Shown here in pieces: positions 1 through 16,324 of a stretch of 64,000 nt of DNA. The notes beneath the pieces are model-generated. The model was not told the DNA's origin and made no database searches. It saw only the letters and a program-made list of their open reading frames with translations. The DNA lies in NCBI GenBank assembly GCA_009103225.1, contig RHPI01002264.1:204576-268575 (forward strand), written 5' to 3'. A program made the translations under genes and the position numbers. Numbering within the stretch: position 1 is the first letter of the stretch; each line of letters begins with the position of its first letter. The stretch comes from Chlorokybus atmophyticus. Taxonomy: Eukaryota; Plantae; Mesostigma and Chlorokybus algae.

Positions 1-414
1 TCTGATACTTATGTGCAACACCAACAAACACATGCCACATTTTCCTGGACTCTGTGCATCGCAGACACATGCACGCATTTGCCCAATGCGCCCAAACCAC
101 AGAGCCATTGCCTTCAGAATATTACTGGATGAACTTAGTGCAACACACAGCCAAGCAGCAGAAGCGCTAACAACCTGCAGGCTAGAGTCTGTGCACAAGC
201 AACACCATAACCCAACAAGAAAAGCATGCAACACCCACACCATCGGCATTGGCTAACATGCAGCCTCCCAAACCTGTGCAACTGTCACGAATGAAGCAAC
301 ACGCGCACAACCAACCCACAAACGCATAACGCAGTGATGCGCAAATCATTCCTCATGAATTCAAAACCACTGTGTACTGATCTGATCACAAGGCACATAC
401 TCATTCTATCTCTC

Positions 415-1182
415 TTAAGCGTCGGCGATGGTGACCTCAACCTCTACCCCGGGCTCGATGGAGATGGAGGTGATCTGCTTCACGACCTCGCTGGGGGAGT
501 GCATGTCGATCAGGCGCTTGTGCACGCGCATCTCGTAGCGATCCCACGTGTTTGTACCCTCACCGCAAGGAGACTTGCGAGTAGTGATGCGCAGGACCTG
601 ACCACACAATTGTTGGCAACAACGTTGAGTACTGAGTGTGACACCGACAACGTAAACAACTTGTTCTCAATACCAAAATGGCATAGATTATGCAGGGTGA
701 ACGTACATACATACAGATGCATACCCTGCATCAATGCAACTATGTTCATCAATACATCATGCTGCACGTGTGTGTAACATGAATCGACAAACGCCATGTG
801 TGTAAGTTATCCTAGACTTGAACAATCAAGCATACGTGCGACTATGCAGCTGCTGCTGCGGCATGAGGAAGCGAGATGAATGCGTCGCACTTGTGCAAAC
901 AGATGGAAACGTCAGCTGACAGCAAGCCTAAAATTGAGTTAGAAGCAAAGAAGCTCAGCTATCAAGCCTGGCTGTGTGGGGTGTGTTGTCTACCTTGGTG
1001 GGCATGCGGACTGGGCCCTTGACGCGGAGTCGCTTCTCCTTGGCTCCGCGCACGAGGTCAGCGCACACCTTTTCAAGTGAACTGACGGAGCGGGATGTGA
1101 GGGTAATGCGGATGCGGTGGACCCGCTCCGTCTCGCCGCCGCCCTTCTCGCCGCCGCCCACCGCCGCCTTCATGCTCTGCAT
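415..1182 (-). CDS. RPS20: 40S ribosomal protein S20 (uS10), 2 coding exons: join(994..1182, 415..597), ~123 aa
   Basis: Translation [38 protein letters not shown]|[39 protein letters not shown] is the canonical eukaryotic S20 sequence. The GT-AG phase-0 intron is at 598-993. The start could be ATG 1182 or 1173. Confidence 0.97.
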
Positions 1183-1457
1183 TTTGACTAAGTGGGTAGG
1201 GTCCCCGAGACAGACGCCGGCAATGAGCACGACCGCTTGCTGAGGGACCCCGACGACGCCGCCGACACCGCCAAAGAGGACAACATGGAGGCCGCCCACA
1301 ACCCTAATACTCCACTGGCGGCCGGGCAAGCCCTAAACTGTTGATATCACGCATCCAACCGCTAATAAGGATCCTGATGTCTCCTGAGCCCGAATCGAAC
1401 GGCGAGTGGACAAGATTTTACGTTGATATCTTGGTCAGCTGCTTGATTTCGGCAAAC

Positions 1458-1482
1458 TTAGGGTTTGTGAGAAATTAGGGCT
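1458..1482 (-). promoter_or_regulatory. Telo-box (AAACCCTAA) plus a degenerate copy in the RPS20/MCRS1 divergent promoter region
   Basis: TTAGGGTTT at 1458-1466 and TTAGGGCT at 1475-1482 lie in the 400 bp between the two start codons. Telo-boxes are typical of plant ribosomal-protein promoters/5'UTRs. Confidence 0.6.
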
Positions 1483-1582
1483 CTGTTCTGGCCATTGGTA
1501 TTGTCGTCCTCTTTGATTGTGTAGGCGGCGTCGTGGCTGCTTGGTTGGGTTTGGGGGGGCGGGGGGGGGAGGAGGTGACAGG

Positions 1583-4798
<3,216 letters not shown>

Positions 4799-5238
4799 CG
4801 CACTGTATATTGCAGCAGTGGCTCAGCTAGTTGTACAGCTATTGTTTGTCTATGTAAACACAATGATTGCTTTCAATTGTTGTGGTGTTGCACGGTGTGA
4901 ACTGGTGCTGCTTTCACAAGGCTGGATTTTCTGGACCCGCACCAAAGGTATCAACATCGTTTTGTGCACTTCTTTGTGTGCCGGGTACGCTTATAGGGTT
5001 GTGATTGTGATTGCTTCATGACCCAGCAATCAAGGTTGGCCATGTCAAGCCTGCCTTGTCTACTTCAGTGCATCTAATGCAAGCACACTTGCTCTATTTG
5101 CACTGTGTGGCATGCCTCATGAATCACAAGTATGCGGGCGTGGGCACAGCAGTATGCACTGGCCTATGTTGGATGTGCCCTTTTACACCCAACAACACAT
5201 TAAAATAATTGGTCCAACACCAACTCTACAGACAAGAC

Positions 5239-8200
5239 TCAACTGACTGCACTGTCCTCCACATCCTCCTTGTGCCCGCCTCCTCTTTCGCTCTCAACAA
5301 CCGCATGCTGTGAAGCGCCTTCAGCCGCGGGCACAACAACAGGACTATTGATACCAGCCACTTCGTCATTCTGCTCAATGGGAGGGCTCGCTGGGGCACA
5401 CGTAAGCTCTGGTCGTCGTTGTTGTTGTTGTTGTTGTTGTCGTCCTCGCTGACCCACGCACTTCTTCTGCTTCTTGGCTGCATCCTCCTCCTTGCGCACA
5501 TCCGCGAGGGCCTTCTCAAACACAACAAGGAACTCCTTGAACGTGCGAAAGATGGCGGGTGGTTTGTCATCCGAGTACTCGTCACCAAAGTACTCGGCCA
5601 CACTTTTCAGCTCCTTGTTGGAGGCAGCCGCAACATCCCGTAACGTGGCCAACCTCTCTTCTGCTCTCTCAGAAAAAGCCACCATAACATCCCTGAACGT
5701 GTCGTGCTTGTGGGACTCTGCATCGATCACAACCGAGGCGTGGAGTATCTCCTCCTTCACGCGGCCCAGGGCAGCCACAAGCTCGGCCATCGACGCACGG
5801 GTGCCCTCAACGTGCACACCCGCAGCAGCCTTCACAGGAGCCAACTCATCACCAAGCAATGCCACTTGCCCAACAGATGTCTTGTTGTTGCAAGTGTTGT
5901 TGCTGTTGTTGTTGTTGTTGCTGTCGCCGTTGCCGTTGTTGGTGTTGGCAATGGTGCTGGCGTTGTTGCTGCTGGTGTTGGTGTCATTGTTGTCGTGGTG
6001 GTGGTGGTTGGGCTGGCTTTTCTCCTTCTCCTCGTTGTCTCGGGACACTAGTTCACGTACAACAAAGTGCAGAAGTGATGTCTTCCTGTCCACGCCTTTG
6101 ACGTCCATGAGTTTGAGTAGCGAGTCTAGTTTGAACCCCGCTGCGTGTCCACGCTGCGCGTGTCCCGCATTCAGGTGGTTCCCGACGGCAAGGACCGCTT
6201 CGAGCACACGTACGAGAGCCCCACTCGACCTGAGAGCCTTGCATGCTGCCCGCAATGCAACATACTCACCCTCTACACGCTGCACGGCCCCGTCAAACTG
6301 CCTCCTGAACACGAGACACTCTATACGTTGCTCCAAGCGTGGAACACACATTATCTCAAGGAAGTATCTCTCAACGGTGCCGAGCCGAGTTGGCTCACCC
6401 TCATAAGCGCGCAACATAGCCACCTCATGTTGGGTCGGGACGGCACGTTGGAGTGTTTGCAGGTGTTCTGTTGCGAGGGCGCTGTCGTCCATGTCAAGAA
6501 GAGCAGACTTAATAGCGGGGAAAGGCACACGTATCCCTGAGAGTTGTATGCTTATGTTGTGCGCGCGCTTCGTGTCGATCAACCTCACCACCTCGCTCGC
6601 ACGCCTCGACACACGCCGTGCAAACGGGTCCACATATGCATCGTCTTGAAGGGCAAATAGACTCTCCAAGGCTGCAAAGTCCACATTGGCGTTATTATTG
6701 TTGACTGCACCCCACACGGTCGAACCCAACTTGGCCTGAGCTGCATTGAGCTTCTGCCAGTGGAGTTGCTTTAGTCTCAACCGCGCACTCCCACTCTCCT
6801 CATCCTTGTTGTTGTTGTTGTCTTCAGGCCTCTTTGTCTTGATAGTGAGGCCCGGAGGTGGCGGCGGGGGTGGTGGAGGCGGCACGCCTTTCTTACCCAA
6901 CAACATTGGTGGAGGAGGAGGAGGAGGTGGAGGTGGGGGCGGAGGGACCTTCTGCAACAAGCTTGTTGGTGGGGGAGGAGNNNNNNNNNNNNNNNNNNNN
7001 NNNNNNNNNNNNNNNNNNNNNNNNNNNNNNNNNNNNNNNNNNNNNNNNNNNNNNNNNNNNNNNNNNNNNNNNNNNNNNNNNNNNNNNNNNNNNNNNNNNN
7101 NNNNNNNNNNNNNNNNNNNNNNNNNNNNNNNNNNNNNNNNNNNNNNNNNNNNNNNNNNNNNNNNNNNNNNNNGTGGGGGTGGGGGTGTGTCGGTGTCGGT
7201 GGTGTGGGTGCGAAGGAGGGATGCGAGCTCGTTTGCAAGGGGTGATGTGGCTGAGTCTAGTGATGTTGTTGGGTGTGTTGATGATGGCCGAGTCGAAGAG
7301 TGCGAGTTGTCCCAATACGGGCTGCCGCTTCTATCAGCTGCACGCCAGTTATCAGGCAGGAGAGAGTCTGATATCGAACCCCCAGCACGTGAGTGTGTGG
7401 ACATGTGTGTGGATGACCACATCTCCGCCAATGACGCTGAGTATGTGTTTCGCTCAGGACTTGTGGCCACGTTGTTGGCGTGCGGGCCATAAGCGTATCG
7501 GCGAATGCCTTCTCGCGCAGGCGACAACGGTGATGTGGCCATGTCAATAGAAGAAAACCCAACACTCAACCCAACATTCATCATCCCCTCTTCATCCCGC
7601 TCGGGTCCCGTCCACGAGTCGTGTAAAGGGGGTGTTCCAACATCTTCTTCTCCCACTCTTTCGCGTGAGAGCCGGCGGTTCCTCAAAGCTCCAGCTGAGA
7701 GTGGTTTGAGTTGTGTGTGGGGTGTCCTCACGCCCTCGGACCCCGTTGGTGTTGTTGTCACGCTCACGCTCCCGCCCCCATCACTCAACTCGCTAAAGGA
7801 GAAGGACAAAGAGTGTGCATGTGCGCCACGTGACGTGCGCGGGGGAGATAGCGTGCTCGCCATGCTGAAAACGGAGGGTGAGAGTGTTGTGGCTGTTGTG
7901 GTTGTGGACATTATGCCCGGCGAGTACGCGTCACTCGTTGTGGCGGCGGCGTCAGGCAACATGCTGTTGTTGTTGTTGTTATTGTGTCGGAGGTATGGGC
8001 TTGTGGATGTAGGGTACCTCAATGTGGACCCGTCGGGAGACGTCTGTGGGGAGGACTTTGACCCGCCTCTCGGCGCTATCGTTGTCAACACGCTCTCTAT
8101 CAACGACACCGAGGATGTGCCTTCACCACTCTGTCCTCTTGCATCAGCTGCGCTGCACAAATTATGTCCATCCTGTGCCGACACAACAACACCACCTGTT

Positions 8201-11200
8201 CCTCCTTCTCCTCCTCCTACCCCACCTTGGCTGAGCCTCGAGCTCTTTTGCCTCCTCAGCCGGCGATCGCGCGAAGGAGGGGGAGAAGAAGATGTTGTTG
8301 GGATGTTGCTCTCGCTGCTCGCGTACGTGCCGGGACTTGTCCTCGCGCTGCGCGGGTGATGGTGCGCGTGCGAGCGTGAGTGTTGTTGTTGTTGGGTTGT
8401 TGTTGATGATGATCTGATTGCGGGGTCGCTGTGATATTCTTCCCCCATCACTTCTGCTGCCAACTGAGCGAGATAGCTGCTGCCCGAGCTCGTGCGCGTG
8501 AGCGTGTGTGTTTGTGAGTGTGTGGGTATGTTGGTGTAGTTGGGCAGGGGAGGGGACGCTGCGTGCGCGTGTGAGTTTGTTTGTATGTGCGGGTGAGAGG
8601 ATGTTGTTGTTGTTGTTGATGTGGCCACCTTGTTGCCGCGTGACTCAGCTTGCCGGCGCTGGCGCATCGAGTCGGCTTCTCTCAGCAACGTGGACATGTC
8701 AAGGCTCAACAGCGAAGGTGAAGAGGACGTGAACGCTGTGGCAGGTCCGACATGTTGTTGTTGGTACCATGACGGTGAGTTGGGCTGTGATGCTGCTGTT
8801 GTTGTCACAACAGCAGCAGGAGGACTCCTCGTGTATGGGTGCGGCTCATTCCACGTGCGGGTGCGTAGTGTGTTCCCGTCGTTAAACTGCTCACTGTAGG
8901 CCTCACTCACGCCGTATGCGAGGGAGCGAATGCCTTGCGCATGTGACGGCGAGTCCACATATTGTTGATATTGTGGCGTGGAGTGATACGAGGAGGTGGA
9001 TGACGCTGATGAAGGCCGCCTCGCAGGCACGTTGATGAAAGTGTTGGGATCCGCATCGTCAATGATGTCATCGACAACGCCCTCAGCACCCGCAGCACCC
9101 CACGCAGACAGCGCGTGGCGCACGAGGCTGTCTGTTGATAATACGTTGTCGATATCTGCGCCACCGCCCCTGCGATCACGGATATATCGCTGCCACGGTG
9201 GCGTCCCACTCCCGCCTTTTCTAGTCTCGGAGCTGTTGCTGCTTCGCCTCCTTTGTTGTTGGGATGACGTTGAAGGCACTGACTTGCTGCCTCTTTCAAA
9301 CTCCTCCCATGTGGGTATGTGTCTCTCTTTCCTTCTCCCAACATGCTTAAAGTCCACACCATCGTCCTCATCAACATCATCATCATCAGTGTCCTCCCTA
9401 TGCACATACCCACTGTTGCCCGCGCCAAAGTAGAAGCGCATGTCCGGCGTGTAAGGTGATCCGTAAGGGGACCCGCCAACACTATGCCCTCGCTTCTTTC
9501 TCCCCGCGCTCTCTCCTCCTCTTCTATCTTCATGTGATGGTGGTGTCGATGTGGTCAATGACATCCCAACATGTGCGCTGCTCAACCGGCGCAAGAAAGC
9601 CTCAATCACAGCGTGCTCAGACTCGGGCGTGAGGATGGAGTTGCTACTGTTGTTGTGGGTGGGAGAAGTGTGGGCTTTGAGACGGGTGTTGTTGCTGTGG
9701 GAGTCGTTGGTGTGGGTGTTGCGTTGGTGTGTGCCAAGCATGGGACTCGCAGGCTCAGATTTGGCGGGTCGAAGGCGATTAATAGCGCGGTCGATAGGTC
9801 TCTCCTCCTCTTCTTCCTCCTCCTCCTCCTCCTCCTCCTCCTCACACTCATTGTGTCGAGTGTACACGCTGTTGTACGACGATGTGTGCACAAGCCCACC
9901 TCTTCGCTCGCTTGCGTGCATGCTGGGACTCGACCCGCTCGCACGCCGCTGTGGCCTGTTGTTGTTGCTACTGGTTGTTGTTGGGTTGTTGTTCGTGTTG
10001 TTGGTGTTGGTGTTGGAGCGGGTGCGCACGCGGGACGGCCCATCCCTTCCATGCATGGGTGAAGATGTTGCTGAGGATGAGTATGAGGTCTCCCCGTACG
10101 CGCTCGAAGCTCTCCTCACCTCATCAATAGTAGCTTCGTTGCTGCCAGCCACATCCCACGTGGCGTCCTCGCGAGCGTGTTTTCCGTACGCTGCGGGACT
10201 CCCGCGTGTGGGCGTGCGTGTCCTCGCGGGTGCTTTACTGCTGCTGCCAACATTACTACTACTCGCTCCCCCCGACACAACAATGCCGCTATTGCCACTC
10301 CCTCTGCTACTACTCCCCGCCTCACCCTTGCGCAAGATGAGATAGTCTCTCTCAGCTACAAGGGCAAGTACAATGGCTGTCATGTGGGGTAGGTTGTGCG
10401 CGTCCCCGCTGTTGTTGTTGTTGTTGGAGGAGGCGCGTAAGAGGGCAGGAGCGAGGGCGGCGGCGCGGGCGGAGGCGGCCGCGGGCGTGTTGTTGGAACT
10501 CGCACCCGCCCTCGTGGACGCCAAAGCAGCCAACAGAGACAACACGGACTTGAGCATCGCGCAGTTGGCGGCGGGAAGACGGTCAAGAAGCAGACGCAAC
10601 ACGTACAGACGAGACCGGTAGTCTTGTATCTCTGCAATACGGAGTGTGAGTGTGTGTGCAAATGCGTGTGCACTACGTGCATGCGTGTGTGTGTGTGTGC
10701 CTGAGTGTGCGCGTGCATGTGTGTGCGTGCATGCATGCGCGCGTGCACATGTGCATCTGTGCTACACCTAAATGTCGTTGCATACTGCATATGTGCGCGC
10801 GTGTGTGTGCATGTGTATGTGCATGCACACACGTGTGCATGCGTGCGCACCCACACAAGCATGTGCATACGCTTGTGTGCACCGACACACATACACACAC
10901 ACACACACACACTCACACTCACTTGCAAGCAAATAAATATATTCGCCACTCGCTACTTACTAATGGCGGCGATGAAGGCTTCATATAGTTTGGATGTAAG
11001 GAGCGGGTCATCGAGTGACTGGAGCGCGTCCACGAGGGCAGCTGCGACGGCGTGCGCGTTGAGGCGCGGCCATTGCAAAGAAGAGGAGTTGTTGGAAGAG
11101 GAGTCTCCATTAACTCTTGAAGCTGATGAAGGGGGAGAAGGCAGAGAAAGAAGCGCCTCTCTCGCACCCGACACCTCGTCTTGCGATGCCCTCGATGTGA

Positions 11201-11958
11201 ACAAACCCTCCACCGCAAGCGCTGCGCATAGTTGATGTTAACAACAGGTTGGTAAACGATGGTGATGGTGTTGTTGACGATGGTGATATTATTGGTGTTG
11301 GTGATGGTAAAGGTTGGTAGTATGGTTGTCGTTGTTGCAATTGTTGGTGATGCTGCTGCTGCTGCTGATGATGATGATGATGGTTCAGAAGTTTGGAATA
11401 GCGGATCTATGTTGGTCAACTCAAAGCCAAAAGCACAATAGACCGACTCAGTGCACAACACTGGGTGGTTCTGTTGTGCTATTGGCCTTCGAAGACACAA
11501 TTATGAATCTGCTGCTTCAAACTGCTTGAAGGCCAAAAGCACAACAGAACCATCAAGTATTGTGCACTAGGTGGTTCTGCTGTGCTCTTTGCCTTCACTA
11601 ACCTCCCATCAACCGTTGCGCTTCAAAACGCACAGTGTGTGTCTCATGCCTCGCGCACAGTGAATTACGGATCCATCCTTCAGGTTTAGAAGCAGACGTT
11701 CATCAACCACATACAAGAAACCATTCCTCGTCTGACCCAACCTGCCGTTGACTGACTATATATAAATGAGACGCATCAGCTGTCACATGTGTTTGGCGTT
11801 CATTTCAGGCAGTTCTGTAACATACTAGACTTGGTTATCAGCCTACCCCTGGCCTCGAGATAAGCCGCAGCGTTGCGCACGCAAGTTTCAGCCCTGGCCC
11901 GCCTCTCGCCGCCATCCTGCTGCTTGCCGCCTTTGCGAGGGGGGATCGCCCCGTACAT
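5239..11958 (-). CDS. Class III-type formin (N-terminal RhoGAP-like domain, long low-complexity linker, FH1, FH2); exons 11847-11958, 10961-11221, 5239-10631 (~1,920 aa)
   Basis: Spliced N-terminus CVRNAAAYLEARALAVEGLFT..NAHAVAAALVDALQSLDDPLLTSKLYEAF..RLYVLRLLLDRLPAANCAMLKSVL resembles a RhoGAP fold. Polyproline FH1 is at ~6850-7190. FH2 motifs are LKQLHWQKL, RAHNISIQL, ERYFLEIMCVPRLEQR, VLAVGNHLN and GFKLDSLLKLMDVK. Splice phases (1,1) are consistent. The start codon is uncertain. Confidence 0.9.
6981..7172. other. Assembly gap (192 N) inside the formin FH1 polyproline region
   Basis: Run of N flanked on both sides by proline-codon tracts. Confidence 0.99.
11424..11596. repeat. Nested inverted repeat (~70-bp arms, each itself a hairpin) in formin intron 1
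   Basis: GAAGGCCAAAAGCACAACAGAACCA (11528-11552) pairs with 11466-11490 and with 11572-11596; a fourth copy is at 11424-11444. Confidence 0.75.
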
Positions 11959-14201
11959 CAGCGGCAATCTGAGGAGGGAGGGAGGGAGGGATAGGGTGTC
12001 TCCTCCCCCTCCCCCTCTGCCGCCGCCGCCGCCGCGGCGTCGTTAGGGTTGTGGTCGTCGGCGTCGTCGGTGTTGGCGGTGTCGGTGTCGGCGTTGATGC
12101 GACGTTCCGCTCACGTGACCGGTTGCGGAGCAGCGGCATCGTCGACTGTCGGTGATGGCTGTTACCCCATGACCGCAGCGCAAGACAATACAGAACACAG
12201 TGTCACAGACGTATCTTGAATAGAAGTTTTGTTGAGCGACAGGCCTAAGCACACAGTCGCTCATGTTTGCAAAGAAAATAAATAAAAGAATAAATTGAAA
12301 AAAACAGACATTTTGTCAGATCATGCATTAGTAATAATAAAGGACTTGTTAGCGTAATATTATCAACACACAGAAAGAGAGAGAGAGAGAGAGAGAGTTA
12401 CCGTGTACCAATCTGCATACAAAGCATAATTCAAATCGTTTGAATATAACTGTGCAATAACGATTGTATGATATTACATCTATAACACTTAAAGAGATAC
12501 ACATATATATACATATACACATATAAGTATATAATATATTGCATTAGTATGATGCGTTTAACATTTAGCCAACAAGTTTACTCTTGGATTTGTTTTATGT
12601 TAAGATTAATGTTCATAAAACTTGAAATGCATAACGCACAATTCAATAACTATTAGTGCAGCTGTAGTATGCAAATGAAGGTATCAAGGCGCAATCATTA
12701 AACTCTTAAGACTTATGGAGTAAGGGTTACTTTATGTTACTTTATGTCAACAATACGATTGTAGGAGATGTAAACATTCTTAAGCTTGTGTTTGTATGTT
12801 GATAGATGGTATGCTGGTCATAATACGATCAACCTTAATCAACTTTAAGTGTAAGCCATGTTATTGTCATGCCGAACGGAGTCGAGGGTCACGCTATCTC
12901 GAGCAGGTTGCAGGAGACGACCTGCGTGTCGGATATGCCGTTGCTACGCGTTGAAATGAACTATTGCTAAGCAACACATGCAAAAGACAACCCCTCATAT
13001 ATGAGCACAGACTTGGACTAAGGCGGTGCAATGAGCAGAGCAGTAAATGAGCTAATGATACTCCCCACCCAAATGCACATGTTGTGTTACAATGGACACA
13101 GTTTGCAAGCCCCTGCGTAACGCGCCAGAGTCAACAGCCACTACTACGCTGATTACACGGTCCCTTGCATGAGTGGAAGATGTACTATACTTAATACAGG
13201 CTGTTAAATGAAGCGAATGAGCACTCAATTCGCGGATGCTGTGTTCTGACTAATACAAGCAAGCACTCCGCAGCTAAACAACCACCAGCTCACATCGATG
13301 ACAAGCACAGTGCACAAGAGCATGCACAGTCTCTTACGTGAGTCTCTCACGTGTGCACACGGTGAGGGCATCGGCAACCGGGACAGCATGTTCGCAGTTT
13401 AAGTCTCTTCACAAGCTTTGAATTCCAAGTCTTAGAGGTCTCAGAGTTTCTCACTCACAGTGTCACCAGCTTATCTGGTGAACACTACGACTACTTACAC
13501 GAATCAAATTATGATTGTTTGGAACATAAACTAACGGTCATATTGAGGCTATTTCCAAAGAAACCCCCAACTCAATATTGATTACTGCTTATCAATAATC
13601 ATAAACTTGATGAGCTATGCGCTGTAGCTGTTCAAGTACCCATGTAGTGTACCACTGTGCTCATTGGGATCCAATCATTGCAACTCATGCAATCAAGCAT
13701 AATTATATGACTCATGCTCATTATGCATGTGCATGGACCGTTTATAGGTGAACCATACACAAATCGTGTGCACAAGTCCGCACAATGTAGACACCTGTCT
13801 ACCATGCAAACACATGCACAATGCTCCCTTAATATACAGGGAGATGTGCACTGATAGAGGGAGGCTGAGGAACATGCTCCCTTGGGCTCTGGAACGTTCA
13901 GAGCTTTATGGTGCAGCTTGTAGCAGACCCTGGAGCATCCACAACCGTGTCAACATCGCATGGCAGCTCTTACTCAGCTCCCACACCTCTCAAACAAGCA
14001 CCCACTCAACAAAGAGCGGGGGAAGGCACCTTTAACAGTACCAAGTACCCCACTCAAGAGGTAAGTAAAACCTGATTAATGCTCAGCCAAGGCGTGCCAG
14101 CGCCACCCTCAACGTCCTAAACCACAGTTGTTACCGCCGTGAGCATGCCAACATACTTCAAGCCGCTAGCAGGCAGCCCGAGCGATGAAACCCTTTCTTA
14201 A

Positions 14202-14801
14202 CACTAGGGATGCAGATAAATGTACATTTATCTTATCTGCTGGGCATTGCTATCAAAACTGCAAACCTTCACATTTTAAGCTAAAATGTTATGCACACAT
14301 TGGTAACATTGTAAGCAACTGGTGTGCGAAATTTCAACTCGATCGGTCACTTGTGTTACAAATCACACCTTGGTAAGCAACCAAAATGGTAAAAGTCACT
14401 TTACACTTTTGTGTGCAGTTATGCAAGGGCCTTTAAAGCGTCCTTACGGCTGCATTTGTAGAGATTCCGCGGCAATTATGAGCTCGTTGGATAGCTCTCG
14501 TTAAGTAGAACAACTTTCATTGGTAGCTTGTTACAAGAGTCCTTCTCTATAGAGTGTATTTCTTACCTGAGTAAACCCGACGGGTCCCTCGGATACGATC
14601 AGCAAACCCTAATCACAGTGTTAAACATTAGAATGTTTCAATTTTAAACCACTGCGCCGATTGCAACGCGGTTACTTTTCCTCGACACGCCGAGAGCTAT
14701 TCAACGATATGTCACATAACGCATTGTCGCACCACCACCGGCCAAGAAAGATGTGATAAGGAGGGCAATTTGAATGTACACTTGAGGGTACATCCCTAGT
14801 G
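14202..14801. mobile_element. Non-autonomous CACTA (EnSpm)-type MITE, 600 bp
   Basis: TIRs CACTAGGGATG (14202) and CATCCCTAGTG (ending 14801), with a 3-bp TSD TAA on both sides (14199-14201, 14802-14804). No coding capacity. Confidence 0.8.
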
Positions 14802-15560
14802 TAATGCCTTCCCACTTGGCCACACGTTTGCCTCAAAGGGCATATGGCCTGTGGGGACATGTGTTGACCATTCGCTTGACGTCAAGCACTGCACAGTGCT
14901 TGAACGGTCATGGCAACGTGCCAGACATGTGATGTGACTCACCTTGTGAGGTCACACCATGCCATATGCCACACAAGTCACATTGTTGCTCATGCTTGAT
15001 GTGACATGCAGCTGCACTTCACATGTATACACTTACTTGCTTGCTTACAAGCATGTGCACCCAATGCACGTGCATGATGTGAACCATGCATCACACTACT
15101 TGTGACACACTTGCATAAACACTAGACTTCTGCGTGTGAGCGCTCACAACATGTGGCGCTTCATTGTTGTATACAACAGCAGTACACTACACAGTACTGT
15201 TTTTGACCCTTGCCACAACATGTGACAGTATCTCACATCATAAATAACACATGCTAACATTAACCAGCTCCAAGCTGAGTCTGTGCTACCTGCTTATCAA
15301 TGCCTTGCACAGTTCATCATGCAAAAGGCTTATCAGCTCAAGGACTAAGTGAATGAGAGAACCACTTGGGTACTGCACACACCTTAAAAGTTCAACTCCC
15401 ATACAATCATGATGTCATATGTCGCAACATAGCAGCTGAGAGTGGTAAAGCCTTGCCTGTTAGGCGTGACATGTAGACTACGGTCATAACCCGATTGTAA
15501 GTCTTGAGCTACCTACTGTTTGGTCATGCGCGCGGGTCTTATCACATGGCGCCTGCAGGT

Positions 15561-15885
15561 TACTGGCACAAACCATTTGTGCCAGTACTGGCACCTGCCT
15601 TTCAGGTCTAGACCCGCAAGTCCCTAACACTAGCACAAAACGGCTTGTGCGAGTAATGAATATTATTTCTCTTACTGGTCGCTGGAACAAGCGGTTTTGT
15701 GCCAGAACTGGCATGCTGATTACATAGTCAAGACTGGCACCACAACTCGTTCCAGAACTGGTTTTAAAATCAAAGACAAGTACGAAAACACCCAAGACCC
15801 ATGCTTACACTGGCACAAGATGATTACGTGCCAGTGCTGACTCGGGTGTTCAATTATGCTTTGTTGCTGTGCCAACACTGGCACA
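15561..15885. repeat. Cluster of palindromic GTGCCARYACTGGCAY motifs (CACTA subterminal-repeat-like)
   Basis: Perfect GTGCCAGTACTGGCAC at 15579-15594, variants near 15699 and 15869, plus half-sites. Confidence 0.6.
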
Positions 15886-16324
15886 TCATGCTAATGCACA
15901 TTAAGTTGAGTTTTGGGGCACTGCAAGTAATAACAATAAAACACTATTATGCAAGTGTACATGATTGTGCACGCTACACAAATACATTGTCACTCTGCTA
16001 CTCCTGCTCCTGCGACTGCTTCTACAGCTCCACTTCTCAATCCAAATCTAGCCAAGGTGCAGCTCCACATCCAACTGCAGCAGACCAACCACTAGATCAG
16101 CAAACTAACTAGACCCAATGCAGACTAGCAGACCATAATGCAACCCACCTAAACTAACGGAAGGCAGCGGACTAGTAGACTAGACTAGCAGACCAACTAG
16201 ACTTAAGGACCAGTAGACCACAATCGCAGTCCACCTAGACTAAACAAGTCCAGCGGATTAGAAGATTAAACCAGCAGCTGAGTAGCCTACCAGCACATCT
16301 TAGTAGACAAGCAATCGGGAGCGG

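Noticed and set aside
334-777. 147-aa + strand ORF
   Set aside because: Antisense to RPS20 exon 2 and its intron; no independent evidence.
5270-10392. Many long + strand ORFs (up to 310 aa) over the formin
   Set aside because: Antisense shadows of the GC-rich, repeat-rich formin exon; no domain motifs.
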